Origin: Segatella copri
Lineage (GTDB): Bacteria; Bacteroidota; Bacteroidia; Bacteroidales; Bacteroidaceae
DNA: 64,000 bases
Reading direction: 5' to 3'
NCBI GenBank assembly: GCA_021635485.1
Contig: JAJWOH010000002.1
Coordinates: 5,523 to 69,522 of the forward strand
The notes beneath the pieces were generated by a model, which saw only the letters and a list, made by a program, of their open reading frames with translations, was not told where the DNA came from and did no database searches. Position numbers and translations under genes: made by a program. This document shows positions 40,592 through 51,759 of the stretch, piece after piece. Numbering within the stretch: position 1 is the first letter of the stretch; each line of letters opens with the position of its first letter.

Positions 40592-41217
40592 CCATACAAA
40601 ACAAAACAGAAATCAAGAATAGAAACAACAGAATGGAGCGTTTCGTAAAACGTTCCACAGACATTCTTGTTTCTGTACCTTGTCTCGTTCTATCTTCTCC
40701 CCTATTTGTCATTATCTCCCTAGCTATCAAATGGGAAGACGGATTACCAATCATCTACAAGCAAGAACGTATAGGTTTGCACGGGAAACCTTTCAACATC
40801 TATAAGTTCAGATCTATGAAGGCTGATGCAGAAAAAGATGGTCCAAATCTACTAGAGATTGAAGGCGACACTCGACTCACACGTGTAGGAAAATTCATAA
40901 GAACACACCATTTAGATGAACTTCCACAGTTATGGAATATTCTAAAGGGAGACATGTCGTTGGTCGGTCCCCGCCCGGAACGGAAATACTACATCGACCA
41001 AATCATCAAGCATGACCCTCGATATACTTATCTGTATCAGATCCGACCGGGTGCTACTTCTTATGCCACCCTGTATAACGGATATACGGATACAATGCCG
41101 AAGATGTTGAGAAGACTAAGTCTTGACCTCTTCTACCTGGAGCACAGATCCTGGTGGTTTGATGCCAAGATTCTATTCAAAACTATGATGAACATCATGT
41201 TTGGCAAAATATTTTAG
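40588..41217 (+). CDS. Bacterial sugar transferase (priming phosphoglycosyltransferase, Bac_transf domain)
   Basis: YKFRSM, DELPQLWNILKGDMSLVGPRPE. Confidence 0.92.
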   Translation: MTIQNKTEIKNRNNRMERFVKRSTDILVSVPCLVLSSPLFVIISLAIKWEDGLPIIYKQERIGLHGKPFNIYKFRSMKADAEKDGPNLLEIEGDTRLTRVGKFIRTHHLDELPQLWNILKGDMSLVGPRPERKYYIDQIIKHDPRYTYLYQIRPGATSYATLYNGYTDTMPKMLRRLSLDLFYLEHRSWWFDAKILFKTMMNIMFGKIF

Positions 41218-41226
41218 ACATCGAAC

Positions 41227-41281
41227 GCTGTGAAAGGGAAAAAGACGGTTTCGTGACAGTTTTTCTATTTCACAGCTTTTT
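41227..41281 (+). terminator. Terminator after the sugar transferase
   Basis: GCTGTGAAA...TTTCACAGC followed by TTTTT. Confidence 0.65.
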
Positions 41282-41425
41282 ATTTGGCATTATTTACAAA
41301 AAAATCTGTTTTCTCGTACAAATAGAAAAGACTCCGCAAAGGTATTTAAAACTTTTTTTTAAGTAGATGGTAAATTTGTTGCCATTTTATTTTTTTATTT
41401 CATTTTTTTTTAGTACCTTTGCAAA

Positions 41426-41520
41426 CGTTATCCTGAATACAATCTTTTTACCTTAAAGAAAACTAATACCTATTGAATGTAGAGCAGTTGTCTGAGAAGA
41501 TAGCTGCTCTTGTCTTTTTT
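41426..41520 (+). ncRNA. Candidate small RNA, or a terminated 5' leader of degT
   Basis: -7 element TACCTTTG at 41414-41421; 13-bp GAGA-loop hairpin at 41481-41510 plus T run; no ATG ORF inside. Confidence 0.45.
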
Positions 41521-41611
41521 ATACCTCCCCATATAATAAATACCGCAAAACATCCGTTTTTATTTATAGAAACAAGTCTTATCACTTGTATAAATCATCA
41601 CAGAAGAAACA

Positions 41612-42775
41612 ATGGAAACAGAAGTAAAGAAGATTCCTTATCTCGACCTGAAGGCTATTAATGAGCCATACGAGAAGGAGATAAAGGATGCTATCAATAA
41701 GGTGGTCAACAGCGGATGGTATCTGCAAGGTGAAGCCGTAAAGAAGTTTGAGAAATCGTATGCACAGTTTATCGGTACTGAATACTGCATCAGCTGCGCT
41801 AACGGGACGGATGCGCTCAAACTGATGCTGATGGGCGAACTGGCTATCGGAAATCTGCAGAAAGGGGATGAGGTGATCGTGCCTGCCAACACTTATTTCG
41901 CTACCGTACTTGCCATCAGCAGCGTTGGACTGACTCCTGTATTGGTGGATGCCAATATCGATACATTACAGATAGATGACCGGCTGATAGAAGACCGAAT
42001 CACACCGAAGACCAAAGCCATCATGATTGTTCATCTCTATGGCAAACTGGCGTGGACTCCGAAGATTGCTGAAATCTGCAAGAAGCATCATCTCTTGCTT
42101 TTCGAAGACAATGCGCAGGGATTCGGATGCTCCACTACTCTATCTGATTCTTCTGAAAAACTATCGAAAAGAAGATATACCGGAAATCTTTCGGATGCTG
42201 CAGCTCACAGTTTCTATCCTAGCAAGAATCTGGGAGCATTGGGAGATGCCGGAGCGGTAACTACCAACAACAGGGAGTTGGCGGAAGCCATCATGTCACT
42301 ACACGAATATGGAAAGATAGAAGACGGCATCTTCAGATACCAGGGCGTCAACTCGCGCATGGATGAGATTCAGGCTGCGGTACTGAATGTGAAACTGCAA
42401 TATCCTGAGAACGAACAGAAAGCGAGATACAGACAGGTACAGCTATACCTGGAGCATCTGGATGACAGCATCAAGGACAGATGCATCGCTGCGAAACTCA
42501 TCTCTCCTGCTCATGAAAATGTTTTCCACGTCTTCCCTTTCCTTACCCGAAAACGAGACCAACTGAAAGCTTTCCTGGCAGAGAATGGGGTCGGCACAAA
42601 GATTCATTACTTCCGCCCACCCTATCTGCAGCCATGCTATCCGGAAATGAATCATCTGGAATTTCCGATAGCTAAGAGAATAGCTGATGAAGAACTGAGT
42701 CTGCCTTGCAACTCATCGCTCAACGATGAAGATATCATCAGAGTAAGCAAACTCATCAACCAGTTCTTGGCTTAA
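41612..42775 (+). CDS. DegT/DnrJ/EryC1/StrS PLP-dependent sugar aminotransferase
   Basis: NGTDAL, VHLYG, EDNAQ, SFYPSKNLGALGDAG, NSRMDEIQAA. Confidence 0.92.
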   Translation: METEVKKIPYLDLKAINEPYEKEIKDAINKVVNSGWYLQGEAVKKFEKSYAQFIGTEYCISCANGTDALKLMLMGELAIGNLQKGDEVIVPANTYFATVLAISSVGLTPVLVDANIDTLQIDDRLIEDRITPKTKAIMIVHLYGKLAWTPKIAEICKKHHLLLFEDNAQGFGCSTTLSDSSEKLSKRRYTGNLSDAAAHSFYPSKNLGALGDAGAVTTNNRELAEAIMSLHEYGKIEDGIFRYQGVNSRMDEIQAAVLNVKLQYPENEQKARYRQVQLYLEHLDDSIKDRCIAAKLISPAHENVFHVFPFLTRKRDQLKAFLAENGVGTKIHYFRPPYLQPCYPEMNHLEFPIAKRIADEELSLPCNSSLNDEDIIRVSKLINQFLA

Positions 42776-43497
42776 AGGTACTGCACCTTGGCACCGATAG
42801 AGAGGCCGAAGACATCCCAGAAACCGGCATTGCCATTACGGTAGAAACGCATAAAGTAGATATCCGTTGTACCTAACTCATAGAAGAACGTGATGCTCTT
42901 GATACGCTTACGTTTATTATGAGGTATATCATACTTAAACCGTTCACCCAAGGCGATATTAGGACGGATTCGGGTAGAGAACGGATAGTAGCCGCTTTCA
43001 TACTTGGTAGGCTGCTTCGTCCAGAAATCATGCCCGAATACCGTATTGAAATACAAGCTGCATTCCAGCGGTTCAAACCACCAACCCTTACCGATGTCAC
43101 GACGCCAAGGAATGAAATTCTCCTTGAGCGTCATGGTAAACTTCTCATCGTCAGAACTGAACTTCGGGATATAGCCAAACAGGAGCTGCGTTTCCCATTG
43201 GCGACGCTTGCCATATTCCCATCCGATACCCAGCGAAATGATACCCATATTGCCACAGGTCTGAATGATACCACTAGTAGGAATCAGCAGATCCCAGTGC
43301 TTGCGATAGCGCATCACGCGGCGGTCATATCGGGTCAGTTTGCCATCCGCCAACACCAGAGTATCATGAACGATACTGTCCTTCAGCTCCAACTCTTCGC
43401 TTTTCCCGGTAACCTCATCGGCAGCATGAGCCTGTACAGAACCTGCAGCGAGTAAGAGTCCCAGAATGAATATATGCTTAAAACTCAATAATTTCAT
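42772..43497 (-). CDS. Hypothetical secreted protein, probable outer-membrane beta-barrel
   Basis: Signal MKLLSF...AHA (ATG 43497); aromatic beta-strand pattern; C-terminal GLSIGAKVQYL. Confidence 0.6.
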   Translation of the reverse strand: MKLLSFKHIFILGLLLAAGSVQAHAADEVTGKSEELELKDSIVHDTLVLADGKLTRYDRRVMRYRKHWDLLIPTSGIIQTCGNMGIISLGIGWEYGKRRQWETQLLFGYIPKFSSDDEKFTMTLKENFIPWRRDIGKGWWFEPLECSLYFNTVFGHDFWTKQPTKYESGYYPFSTRIRPNIALGERFKYDIPHNKRKRIKSITFFYELGTTDIYFMRFYRNGNAGFWDVFGLSIGAKVQYL

Positions 43498-44293
43498 AAC
43501 GATAACCTTTTGGAGTAATGGTGAATATATAGTATTGATGCTTAGCGGCATTAGCTACCTGATAATAGATGATGCCATCGCCATAAATATCTTCTTGCTT
43601 GGTATGATGCCCATGACCGTAAAGACAGAACATCAAACCCGGGAACTGATGGGTATAATAATTGAAGACCTTAGCCACATTATTATTAAACTGTTCCGAA
43701 TAAGGAGCGGCATGCATGCAGATAACGGTACGCGAGAAGTCATCTGCATCTGCCTTAACCTGCGCTTCCATGAAATCGAAATTAGGAACAGGACGGGAAT
43801 AGTCAAACTCAATAGCATTGGTATTGAGGCAGACAAACTTTACCCTTCCGGCGATGAAACTGAAATCCGGGTCGCCGAAGATTTTCTGATAAGCCTGGTT
43901 ACCTGTTCCCAAACAGTCATGATTACCCAGCAGAGCCACGAAAGGTATCTTCAACTTCTGAAGATGGTCACGGGTCCACTGAAACTCACGGGTAGCACCA
44001 AAGTCAGTAAGGTCGCCACAATGAATCACGAAATCAAGGGAATCACTGCGGCGATTGATATCATTGACCTCACTCTTCAAATCGTCCAACCACTGGTGAG
44101 AATCGCTGATCATAGCAAAACGGATTGTATCTTTCGATTTGACTGCAGCCTCAATCTTCTGAATATTGGTAACATTCAGATTTCTATCGCCGTCGATTTG
44201 CACATCATACGGATGAACATCGAAGACGGTATCGCAGGATGCCACCATACAGAGACAACAGGCAGCCAGGATATAGGAAATAATTTTATGCAT
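43478..44293 (-). CDS. Calcineurin-like metallophosphoesterase lipoprotein
   Basis: Lipobox VAS-C; DSH, GDLTD, GNHD, GHGH motifs. Confidence 0.88.
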   Translation of the reverse strand: MHKIISYILAACCLCMVASCDTVFDVHPYDVQIDGDRNLNVTNIQKIEAAVKSKDTIRFAMISDSHQWLDDLKSEVNDINRRSDSLDFVIHCGDLTDFGATREFQWTRDHLQKLKIPFVALLGNHDCLGTGNQAYQKIFGDPDFSFIAGRVKFVCLNTNAIEFDYSRPVPNFDFMEAQVKADADDFSRTVICMHAAPYSEQFNNNVAKVFNYYTHQFPGLMFCLYGHGHHTKQEDIYGDGIIYYQVANAAKHQYYIFTITPKGYRYEIIEF

Positions 44294-44339
44294 TCTTGTC
44301 TTATTATCTTTAAAAACTCTTTTTTATAACTCTTAAATA

Positions 44340-45053
44340 CTACTTTTTCTTCTTTTTTAACCGTGCATAGAAACCTTGCAACCTGCCTGGCTGACAACCG
44401 GCATCGAGCAGTTTCTTCAAATCTCGATAGGCTTCGTCTTTTCTTCCAAGCTGAATCAGGATGTCTACATGATTAAAAGCAAAATCCTCGTTACCGGCAT
44501 CCAGTTCCATCGCCTTGGCGTAATCAAACTCTGCCAGTTCAAGCATTCCCCTCTCCTTCTCCATGCCACCTCGTGCAGCATAAGCCATCGCACTGTCAGG
44601 GTATTGCTCTATCAGACTGTTAATGCCATCGTAAGCCTCGGTATAATGCTTATCTTTCTCATTGAGCAAAGCCAGACCGAGTTGTGCCTGGAAGTTGCCA
44701 GGAACAAGTACCAGAAGATTCTGATAATCGAGACGCGCAAAGTTATAACGGAGCAACTTCTCATTGACAAAGGCACGATAGAACAAACCGGCGATATTGG
44801 TATTGTTCAGAAAGAGTACCTTATCAAGATCATCCTTGGCATATTGCCACTGCTCCAACTGGATGTTCCATGCAGCCTTTTTCAGTCGCAGATCGATACT
44901 GTCAGGATGATATGCAAGCACTTCTGTAGCCTTGGAGAGTGAATCGCGCAAGGCTTTATTCTGAACAGCACGTGCCTTGTCGGCATCTACGTTCTGAGCA
45001 GATACAGATAAAGAAACCATCGATGCCAATAATAATGTATAAAAACTTTTCAT
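44340..45053 (-). CDS. Secreted TPR protein
   Basis: Signal peptide; repeated TPR-like helices; promoter TTTG-N20-TAACTTTG at 45089-45058. Confidence 0.8.
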   Translation of the reverse strand: MKSFYTLLLASMVSLSVSAQNVDADKARAVQNKALRDSLSKATEVLAYHPDSIDLRLKKAAWNIQLEQWQYAKDDLDKVLFLNNTNIAGLFYRAFVNEKLLRYNFARLDYQNLLVLVPGNFQAQLGLALLNEKDKHYTEAYDGINSLIEQYPDSAMAYAARGGMEKERGMLELAEFDYAKAMELDAGNEDFAFNHVDILIQLGRKDEAYRDLKKLLDAGCQPGRLQGFYARLKKKKK

Positions 45054-45159
45054 GGTGCAAAGTTAAGAAGACTTTCGCAAACTGCCAAATAAAAAACTAT
45101 AAAACTTATTTGAGTTTACAAAAAGAACTAAAATTCAGAAAGACAGGGCAATAAACAAG

Positions 45160-45199
45160 AAAAGCCTTAAGAGAAAGAAACACTCCTCTTAAGGCTTTT
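45160..45199 (-). terminator. Terminator of the leu operon
   Basis: AAAAGCCTTAAGAG...CTCTTAAGGCTTTT 14-bp inverted repeat. Confidence 0.8.
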
Positions 45200-45256
45200 A
45201 TCAATAAAGCGCCTGGATAGACAAATTCATCCAGCGCCGAAAATTCCATTTACAGA

Positions 45257-46318
45257 TTAAGCATTCTTAATCCAGTTAACGATCCATGCGCCAACCTCAG
45301 TTGTGCCATACTGAGCACCACCCTCAACCTGAATTTCAGGTGTGCGGACATTGGCATCGAGAGAAGCATCTACTGCCTTGCGGATTAAGGCGCCCTCCTC
45401 GTTCAAACCGAAGTGCTCCAACAACATAGCTGCAGAAAGGATCTGTGCTACAGGGTTAGCCAGGTTCTTGCCAGCTGCCTGTGGCCATGAACCATGAACA
45501 GGCTCGAACAATGGTGTGTGTTCACCGAGAGAGCTAGATGGCTGCAAGCCCATAGAACCGGTGATGCAAGAGGTCTCATCGGTCAGGATATCGCCGAAGG
45601 TATTCTCTGTAACGATAACATCGAAGAATGTAGGCTCTGTCAACACGCGCATAGAAGCGTTGTCGATGAACATATAATCGGTGTTTACCTCAGGATACTG
45701 TGGCTCCATCTCCTTGGCAATCTGACGCCAGAGACGAGAAGATGCCAAAACGTTTGCCTTATCTACTACTGTGAGGTGCTTGTTGCGCTTCATGGCAAAC
45801 TCGAAAGCTACCTTCAGGATGCGCTCAATCTCAGGACGGGTATAGATATCTGTATCGTATGCCTTATCGTTATCCTGATACTTCTCACCGAAGTACATAC
45901 CACCAGTCAACTCGCGGATAACTACGAAGTCAGCACCCTTCAGGAGTTCATCCTTCAATGGTGACTTGTGGAGCAGGCAATCGAATGTGGCTACTGGGCG
46001 AACATTGGCGAAGAGGCCCAACTTCTTACGCATAGCGAGCAAGCCCTGCTCAGGACGAACCTTGGCTGTAGGGTTGTTGTCGAAACGTGGGTCGCCAACG
46101 GCTGCGAAGAGTACAGCATCAGCATCCATACAAGTCTTGAAGGTCTCCTCTGGGAATGGATCACCTACCTCGTCGATAGCGTGAGCGCCGCAGATAGCCT
46201 CGTTGTAAGTAAACTCGTGGTTGAACTTCTCTGCAATGGCCTGCATAACTGCTACGCCCTGCTTCATAATCTCTGGTCCGATACCATCACCGGCGAGAAC
46301 TGCAATGTTTAATTTCAT
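45257..46318 (-). CDS. leuB: 3-isopropylmalate dehydrogenase
   Basis: [35 protein letters not shown]; start taken as MKLNIAV at 46318. Confidence 0.97.
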   Translation of the reverse strand: MKLNIAVLAGDGIGPEIMKQGVAVMQAIAEKFNHEFTYNEAICGAHAIDEVGDPFPEETFKTCMDADAVLFAAVGDPRFDNNPTAKVRPEQGLLAMRKKLGLFANVRPVATFDCLLHKSPLKDELLKGADFVVIRELTGGMYFGEKYQDNDKAYDTDIYTRPEIERILKVAFEFAMKRNKHLTVVDKANVLASSRLWRQIAKEMEPQYPEVNTDYMFIDNASMRVLTEPTFFDVIVTENTFGDILTDETSCITGSMGLQPSSSLGEHTPLFEPVHGSWPQAAGKNLANPVAQILSAAMLLEHFGLNEEGALIRKAVDASLDANVRTPEIQVEGGAQYGTTEVGAWIVNWIKNA

Positions 46319-46350
46319 CTTATTTGATTTTTTAATTATTTTATTGTTTA

Positions 46351-46434
46351 TAACCTTCGGAGATAATTCTGTAATCTTCGGAGATATTTTCATAATCTTC
46401 GGAAATAATTTCGTAATCTTCGGAGATATTATTC
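46351..46434. repeat. 4 x 21-bp imperfect tandem repeat between cimA and leuB
   Basis: TAATCTTCGGAGATAWTTTCR-like units at 46351, 46372, 46393, 46414. Confidence 0.85.
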
Positions 46435-48027
46435 CATATCCAGATTTCGAGGCGAAACAGCCTGTTCATCGCTCTTATCTGCCTCGTACATATTAATCAT
46501 CTTCAGCGTTGCCTTGATAGCTGCTTCTGTCTGGTCAGCATCCAAGCCTCGGGTGCGCCAGATACGGTCGCCTTCACGCCAGGTAATAACGGTCTGAACG
46601 AGGGCATCGGTACGACCACCAGGAGGAATGGTTACCTGATAGTTGTCGAGCTTAGGGAAGGTCTTGCCGAGCTTCACCTTGTAAATATTGCGGAGGGCTT
46701 TCACGAAAGCATCATACTGACCATCACCAGAGCTCTGGTCTTCATACTCCTTGCCATCGATTTCTACCTTTACACTGGCTATAGGCTTCAAACCGTATGA
46801 GGTTGATACCATATAACTTACCAGTTTCACCTTATCCTCTGGAGCTCCATGCTTCAATACATCACTCACGATGTATGGCAGGTCGTCCTGGGTTACCAGT
46901 TCCTTGCGGTCGCCGAGTTCGGTGATTCGCTTGGTCACCGCCTTGGTCTGCTCAGGCGTCAGTTCCAATCCCAGTTCATTGAGGTTCTGCACGATATTCG
47001 CCTTGCCAGAGTTCTTACCCAACGCATACTCACGATGTCTGCCGAAACGCTCAGGTACCAGGTCGTTGCAATAAAGCTTGTCCTTGTTGTCACCATCGGC
47101 ATGCACACCAGCTACCTGGGTAAAGACGTTGTCTCCTACTACCGGAGTATTCGGAGCCACGGCAATGCCACTATATCCTTCAACCAATCGGGAAATATCG
47201 TTCAATCGGTCTTCCTTGATATTCGTCTTTGCTTCGAACATATCCTTCAGAATCACCTGAACACTCGCCAATGGTGCGTTACCACAGCGCTCGCCCAAAC
47301 CATTCACGGTAACATGGAGACCCTTGGCACCGCTCAATACGGCAGCCAGAGAGTTGCTCACCGCCAAATCGTAGTCGTTGTGGGCATGGAAGTCGAAGTG
47401 AGAATTCGGATAACGGCGAACCATCTGTCGCATGTACTCTACACACTGCAACGGATTCAGAATGCCCAGGGTATCAGGAAGCAGAAAGCGCTTAATAGGC
47501 AACTTCACCAGCTCGTCCATCATCATGAAGAGATAGTCACGGCTGTCACGCATGCCACTCGACCAATCCTCCAAGTAGAGATTTACGGTGAAATTCTTGC
47601 TCAGAGCATAGTCAATAGTCTGCTTGATATGAGCGAGATGCTCTTCAGGCGACATCTTGAGCTGCTGGGTACAGTGCTTGTAGCTACCCTTCGCCAAGAG
47701 GTTGATGACATGACCGCCGCATTCAGCAATCCAGTCCACACTCTTGTTGTTATCCACGAATCCCAATACCTCAACGGAATCCAGTTTACCTATGGTCTTG
47801 GCATAACGGCAAATTCGAGCGACAGCATCCTTTTCGCCTTCCGACACACGCGCTGAAGCCACCTCAATGCGATCTACATTGATGTCGTGCAACAGCATTC
47901 TTGCTATCATCAACTTCTCGTGAGGAAGGAAACTGACACCATTGGTCTGCTCGCCGTCGCGCAGCGTGCAGTCCATGATCTCAATCTCCTTGATGCGGGA
48001 ATTATCTCTCTTTGCGTTAACGTTCAT
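46429..48027 (-). CDS. cimA: Citramalate synthase (IPMS-family DRE-TIM enzyme with regulatory domain)
   Basis: [34 protein letters not shown]; second LeuA-family paralog resembling Leptospira/Bacteroidetes CimA. Confidence 0.8.
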   Translation of the reverse strand: MNVNAKRDNSRIKEIEIMDCTLRDGEQTNGVSFLPHEKLMIARMLLHDINVDRIEVASARVSEGEKDAVARICRYAKTIGKLDSVEVLGFVDNNKSVDWIAECGGHVINLLAKGSYKHCTQQLKMSPEEHLAHIKQTIDYALSKNFTVNLYLEDWSSGMRDSRDYLFMMMDELVKLPIKRFLLPDTLGILNPLQCVEYMRQMVRRYPNSHFDFHAHNDYDLAVSNSLAAVLSGAKGLHVTVNGLGERCGNAPLASVQVILKDMFEAKTNIKEDRLNDISRLVEGYSGIAVAPNTPVVGDNVFTQVAGVHADGDNKDKLYCNDLVPERFGRHREYALGKNSGKANIVQNLNELGLELTPEQTKAVTKRITELGDRKELVTQDDLPYIVSDVLKHGAPEDKVKLVSYMVSTSYGLKPIASVKVEIDGKEYEDQSSGDGQYDAFVKALRNIYKVKLGKTFPKLDNYQVTIPPGGRTDALVQTVITWREGDRIWRTRGLDADQTEAAIKATLKMINMYEADKSDEQAVSPRNLDME

Positions 48028-48029
48028 AA

Positions 48030-48620
48030 TTACTTGTTTTTAGCTTCCCAAGCCTCAACCTTGTCGCGGTTCTGAACGAGGAAGTCTACATCGTCCAAAC
48101 CATTCTCCAAACAGTGTTTCTTGTAGCCGTTGATTTCAAAGTGCTCGCTCTTGCCGGTAGCAAGATTGGTCACGGTCTGGTTAGGAAGATCTACCTTCAC
48201 CTCTGTCTTGTGATCCTTGTCGATGCTCTCGAAGAGTTCTTTCAGGAATTCCTCGCTTACTACTACTGGCAATACGAGGTTGTTCAACTCGTTGTTCTTG
48301 TGGATATCAGCGAAGAAAGAGCTGATGACTACACGGAAGCCTGCACCTGCGATAGCCCAGGCAGCGTGCTCACGGGAAGAACCTGAACCGAAGTTCTTGC
48401 CAGCTACGAGGATGACACCACTGTAAGATGGGTCGTTCATCACGAAGTCTGGCTTTGGAGTTCCGTCGGCATTGTAGCGCCAGTCGCGGAAGAGGTTGTC
48501 GCCCATGCCCTCTTTATCGATGGCCTTGAGGAAACGGGCTGGGATGATCTGGTCTGTATCTACATTCTCCAAAGGAAGAGGAATGCAGCTTGATGTAATT
48601 ACATTGAATTTCTGTTTCAT
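48030..48620 (-). CDS. leuD: 3-isopropylmalate dehydratase small subunit
   Basis: NVDTDQIIPARFL, NFGSGSSREHAAW. Confidence 0.97.
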   Translation of the reverse strand: MKQKFNVITSSCIPLPLENVDTDQIIPARFLKAIDKEGMGDNLFRDWRYNADGTPKPDFVMNDPSYSGVILVAGKNFGSGSSREHAAWAIAGAGFRVVISSFFADIHKNNELNNLVLPVVVSEEFLKELFESIDKDHKTEVKVDLPNQTVTNLATGKSEHFEINGYKKHCLENGLDDVDFLVQNRDKVEAWEAKNK

Positions 48621-48670
48621 AACTGTACTTATCAATTGTACACTATTAATTGTACATTATTAATTAAAAA

Positions 48671-50065
48671 TTACATAAACTCTCTTGGGTCGGTAATCTT
48701 ACCAGTAATAGCGGCAGCAGCTGCTACGTATGGACTGGCAAGGATGGTGCGGGAACCTGGTCCCTGACGCCCCTCGAAGTTACGGTTGGATGTACTTACA
48801 GAGTACTTGCCTGCAGGAATCTTATCATCGTTCATTGCCAGGCAAGCAGAGCATCCAGGCTGACGGATTTCGAAGCCGGCAGCCTCTACAATCTTATCAA
48901 TTCCCTCTTCACGTATTTGTTTATCAACCAACCATGAACCTGGTACAAGCCAAGCAGTTACGCCATCTGCTTTCTTCTTTCCTTTAACAAGAGAAGCGAA
49001 AGCACGGAAGTCTTCAATACGACCATTGGTACATGCGCCCAAGAATACATAATCGATAGGATGCCCCTCGAGTTTCTCGCCTGGTTGGAAGCCCATGTAG
49101 TTGAGGCTCTTCTTGAAACCAGCCTGCTCTTCCTCTGGAATCTCATCGAGAGTTGGGATATTCTCTGTAATGCCGATACCCATACCAGGGTTGGTACCAT
49201 AAGTGATACGTGGTTCGATATCCTTTGCCTCGAAAGTCAACTCTTTGTCGAAGACTGCATCATCGCCACTCTTCAAGGTCTTCCAGTAAGCCACAGCCTT
49301 GTCCCACTCTTCACCCTTAGGTGCATATTCACGACCCTTGATGTACTCGAATGTTGTCTCATCAGGAGCTACGAAGCCACCACGGGCACCCATCTCGATA
49401 GAGAGGTTACAGAGGGTAAGACGACCTTCCATAGACATATCCTTCACTACATCGCCACTGTACTCAACGAAGTAACCGGTAGCACCTGAAGTTGTGAGCT
49501 GGCTCATGAGATAGAGGGCAACGTCCTTGGCTGTAACACCATTGCCGAGCTTACCGTTGATGCTGATACGCATAGACTTTGGCTTGCTCTGGAGAATACA
49601 TTGTGAAGCCATCACCATCTCGACCTCAGAAGTACCGATACCGAAAGCTACGGCACCCATGGCACCATGAGTAGAAGTATGAGAGTCACCGCAAACGATG
49701 GTCATACCAGGAAGAGAAAGACCCTTCTCAGGACCTACTACGTGGATGATACCATTATCCTTTGTGTTCATGGCAAAGTGAGTAACACCGAAATCAGCGG
49801 TATTCTTTGCCAAGGTATCTACCTGCTTCTTTGAGATAGGATCCTCAATTGGTTTATCCTGATCGTGAGTAGGAGTATTGTGGTCAGGCATACAGAAAAT
49901 CTGGTCTGGACGGAACATCTTGAGTCCGCGTGCTCGCATACCAGCGAATGCCTGAGGTGATGTTACTTCGTGACAGTAGAGACGGTCGATGTAAAGCTGT
50001 GTAGGACCGTCCGGAACAATCTGGACAACGTGCTTGTCCCAAATCTTGTCGAATAATGTATTCAT
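48671..50065 (-). CDS. leuC: 3-isopropylmalate dehydratase large subunit
   Basis: [47 protein letters not shown]. Confidence 0.98.
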   Translation of the reverse strand: MNTLFDKIWDKHVVQIVPDGPTQLYIDRLYCHEVTSPQAFAGMRARGLKMFRPDQIFCMPDHNTPTHDQDKPIEDPISKKQVDTLAKNTADFGVTHFAMNTKDNGIIHVVGPEKGLSLPGMTIVCGDSHTSTHGAMGAVAFGIGTSEVEMVMASQCILQSKPKSMRISINGKLGNGVTAKDVALYLMSQLTTSGATGYFVEYSGDVVKDMSMEGRLTLCNLSIEMGARGGFVAPDETTFEYIKGREYAPKGEEWDKAVAYWKTLKSGDDAVFDKELTFEAKDIEPRITYGTNPGMGIGITENIPTLDEIPEEEQAGFKKSLNYMGFQPGEKLEGHPIDYVFLGACTNGRIEDFRAFASLVKGKKKADGVTAWLVPGSWLVDKQIREEGIDKIVEAAGFEIRQPGCSACLAMNDDKIPAGKYSVSTSNRNFEGRQGPGSRTILASPYVAAAAAITGKITDPREFM

Positions 50066-50088
50066 AATATCTCTTGTTATATATATGT

Positions 50089-51591
50089 TTATCTAATCTT
50101 AAACTTGTTAATACAATCAATGTAAGCCTCAACAGAAGCTGTAACGATGTCGGTATCTGCACCGAAGCCATAATATACATGACCATCGTATTCCACCTGC
50201 ATGTGAACCTTGCCCACATCATCAGAGCCCTTATCGATAGCCTGGATGGTGAACTCCTTGAGGTTCATTTCCTTGGTGATGACCTTCTTGAGAGCATTGA
50301 TAGCAGCATCTACCGGACCGTTACCAGATGATGCAGCCTCAAACTTCTGACCTGCAATATCAAGACCGATACTTGCAACGCTCTTCACGCCCTTACCTGT
50401 AGTAACCTGCAACCAGTCGAGCTGAACACCATGCTTATCAGCAGAATCAGCACCGGCAAGCATCAAAACATCCTCATCGGTAACTTCCTTCTTCTTATCA
50501 GCCAGTTGGAGGAACTTCTTGTAAATCTTGTCGAGTTTCTCCTCATCATTAATCTCTACACCATTGACATGGAGACGGTACTTCAATGCAGCACGACCAG
50601 AACGGGCTGTCAATACGATAGCATTGTCATCCAATCCCACATCCTTAGGATCAATGATTTCGTAAGTCTGAACATTCTTCAAGACACCATCCTGATGGAT
50701 ACCGGAAGAATGAGCAAATGCATTGCGACCCACGATAGCCTTGTTTGGCTGAACAGGCATATTCATCAGGCTGCTCACCATGCGTGAGGTAGGGATAATC
50801 TTGGTGGTATTGATGTTGGTATCAATATCGATATGCTTGTGACACTTAAGAATCATGGCAATCTCTTCGAGCGAAGTATTACCTGCACGCTCACCGATAC
50901 CATTGATGGTAACCTCAACCTGGCGTGCACCATTCAAAACACCCTGCAGGGTATTGGCAGTAGCCATACCGAGGTCGTTATGACAGTGGGTAGAAAGGCG
51001 TGCCTTGTCAATGCCATCAACATGCTCCATGAGATACTTGATTTTGTCACCATATTCATCAGGCAGACAATAACCTGTAGTATCAGGAATGTTCACTACA
51101 GTAGCACCCGCCTTGACAACAGCCTCTACGACACGAGCCAGATACTCATTATCGGTACGACCTGCATCCTCAGCATAGAACTCTACGTCCTCAACATACT
51201 TTTTAGCATACTTGACAGCTGCTACAGCACGTTCGATGATTTCCTCGCGGGTAGAATTGAACTTATACTTGATATGACTGTCGCTGGTACCGATACCGGT
51301 ATGGATTCTCTTATGCTTGGCATACTGCAAAGCCTCAGCAGCACAATCAATATCCTTTTCTACGGCACGGGTAAGTGCACAAATAGTTGGCCAGGTTACA
51401 GCCTTAGAGATTTCTACCACTGAATTGAAGTCACCCGGACTTGATATAGGAAATCCAGCCTCAATTACATCTACGCCCAACTGCTCCAGTTGCTTTGCCA
51501 CCTGAATCTTCTCAACTGTGTTCAACTGACATCCCGGAACCTGTTCGCCATCGCGGAGGGTCGTGTCGAAAATGTATAATCTGTCACTCAT
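50089..51591 (-). CDS. leuA: 2-isopropylmalate synthase
   Basis: [43 protein letters not shown]. Confidence 0.97.
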   Translation of the reverse strand: MSDRLYIFDTTLRDGEQVPGCQLNTVEKIQVAKQLEQLGVDVIEAGFPISSPGDFNSVVEISKAVTWPTICALTRAVEKDIDCAAEALQYAKHKRIHTGIGTSDSHIKYKFNSTREEIIERAVAAVKYAKKYVEDVEFYAEDAGRTDNEYLARVVEAVVKAGATVVNIPDTTGYCLPDEYGDKIKYLMEHVDGIDKARLSTHCHNDLGMATANTLQGVLNGARQVEVTINGIGERAGNTSLEEIAMILKCHKHIDIDTNINTTKIIPTSRMVSSLMNMPVQPNKAIVGRNAFAHSSGIHQDGVLKNVQTYEIIDPKDVGLDDNAIVLTARSGRAALKYRLHVNGVEINDEEKLDKIYKKFLQLADKKKEVTDEDVLMLAGADSADKHGVQLDWLQVTTGKGVKSVASIGLDIAGQKFEAASSGNGPVDAAINALKKVITKEMNLKEFTIQAIDKGSDDVGKVHMQVEYDGHVYYGFGADTDIVTASVEAYIDCINKFKIR

Positions 51592-51695
51592 ATCTTTTAA
51601 ATTTTAAATTTACACCTTAATAATATATATAAGAGCTACACATTCAGAACGCACTACGTTTATATAGCAATCCGTGCAGAAGCATCAGATAAAGT

Positions 51696-51741
51696 AAAAA
51701 GCCTTCCCCCACTCCATAGACGGAAGTGTAGAAAGGCTTTT
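51696..51741 (-). terminator. Attenuator terminator in the leuA leader
   Basis: - strand AAAAGCCTTTCTACACTTCCGTCTATGGAGTGGGGGAAGGCTTTTT. Confidence 0.75.
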
Positions 51742-51759
51742 AATATCTTATGCGATGAA

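Noticed and set aside
43466..44329. 287-aa + strand ORF
   Set aside because: Antisense shadow of the metallophosphoesterase, which has complete catalytic motifs
46849..47856. 335-aa + strand ORF, and similar long antisense ORFs over gyrA, clpC, tkt and rlmI
   Set aside because: Antisense shadows caused by codon bias of well-supported genes; no recognisable domains
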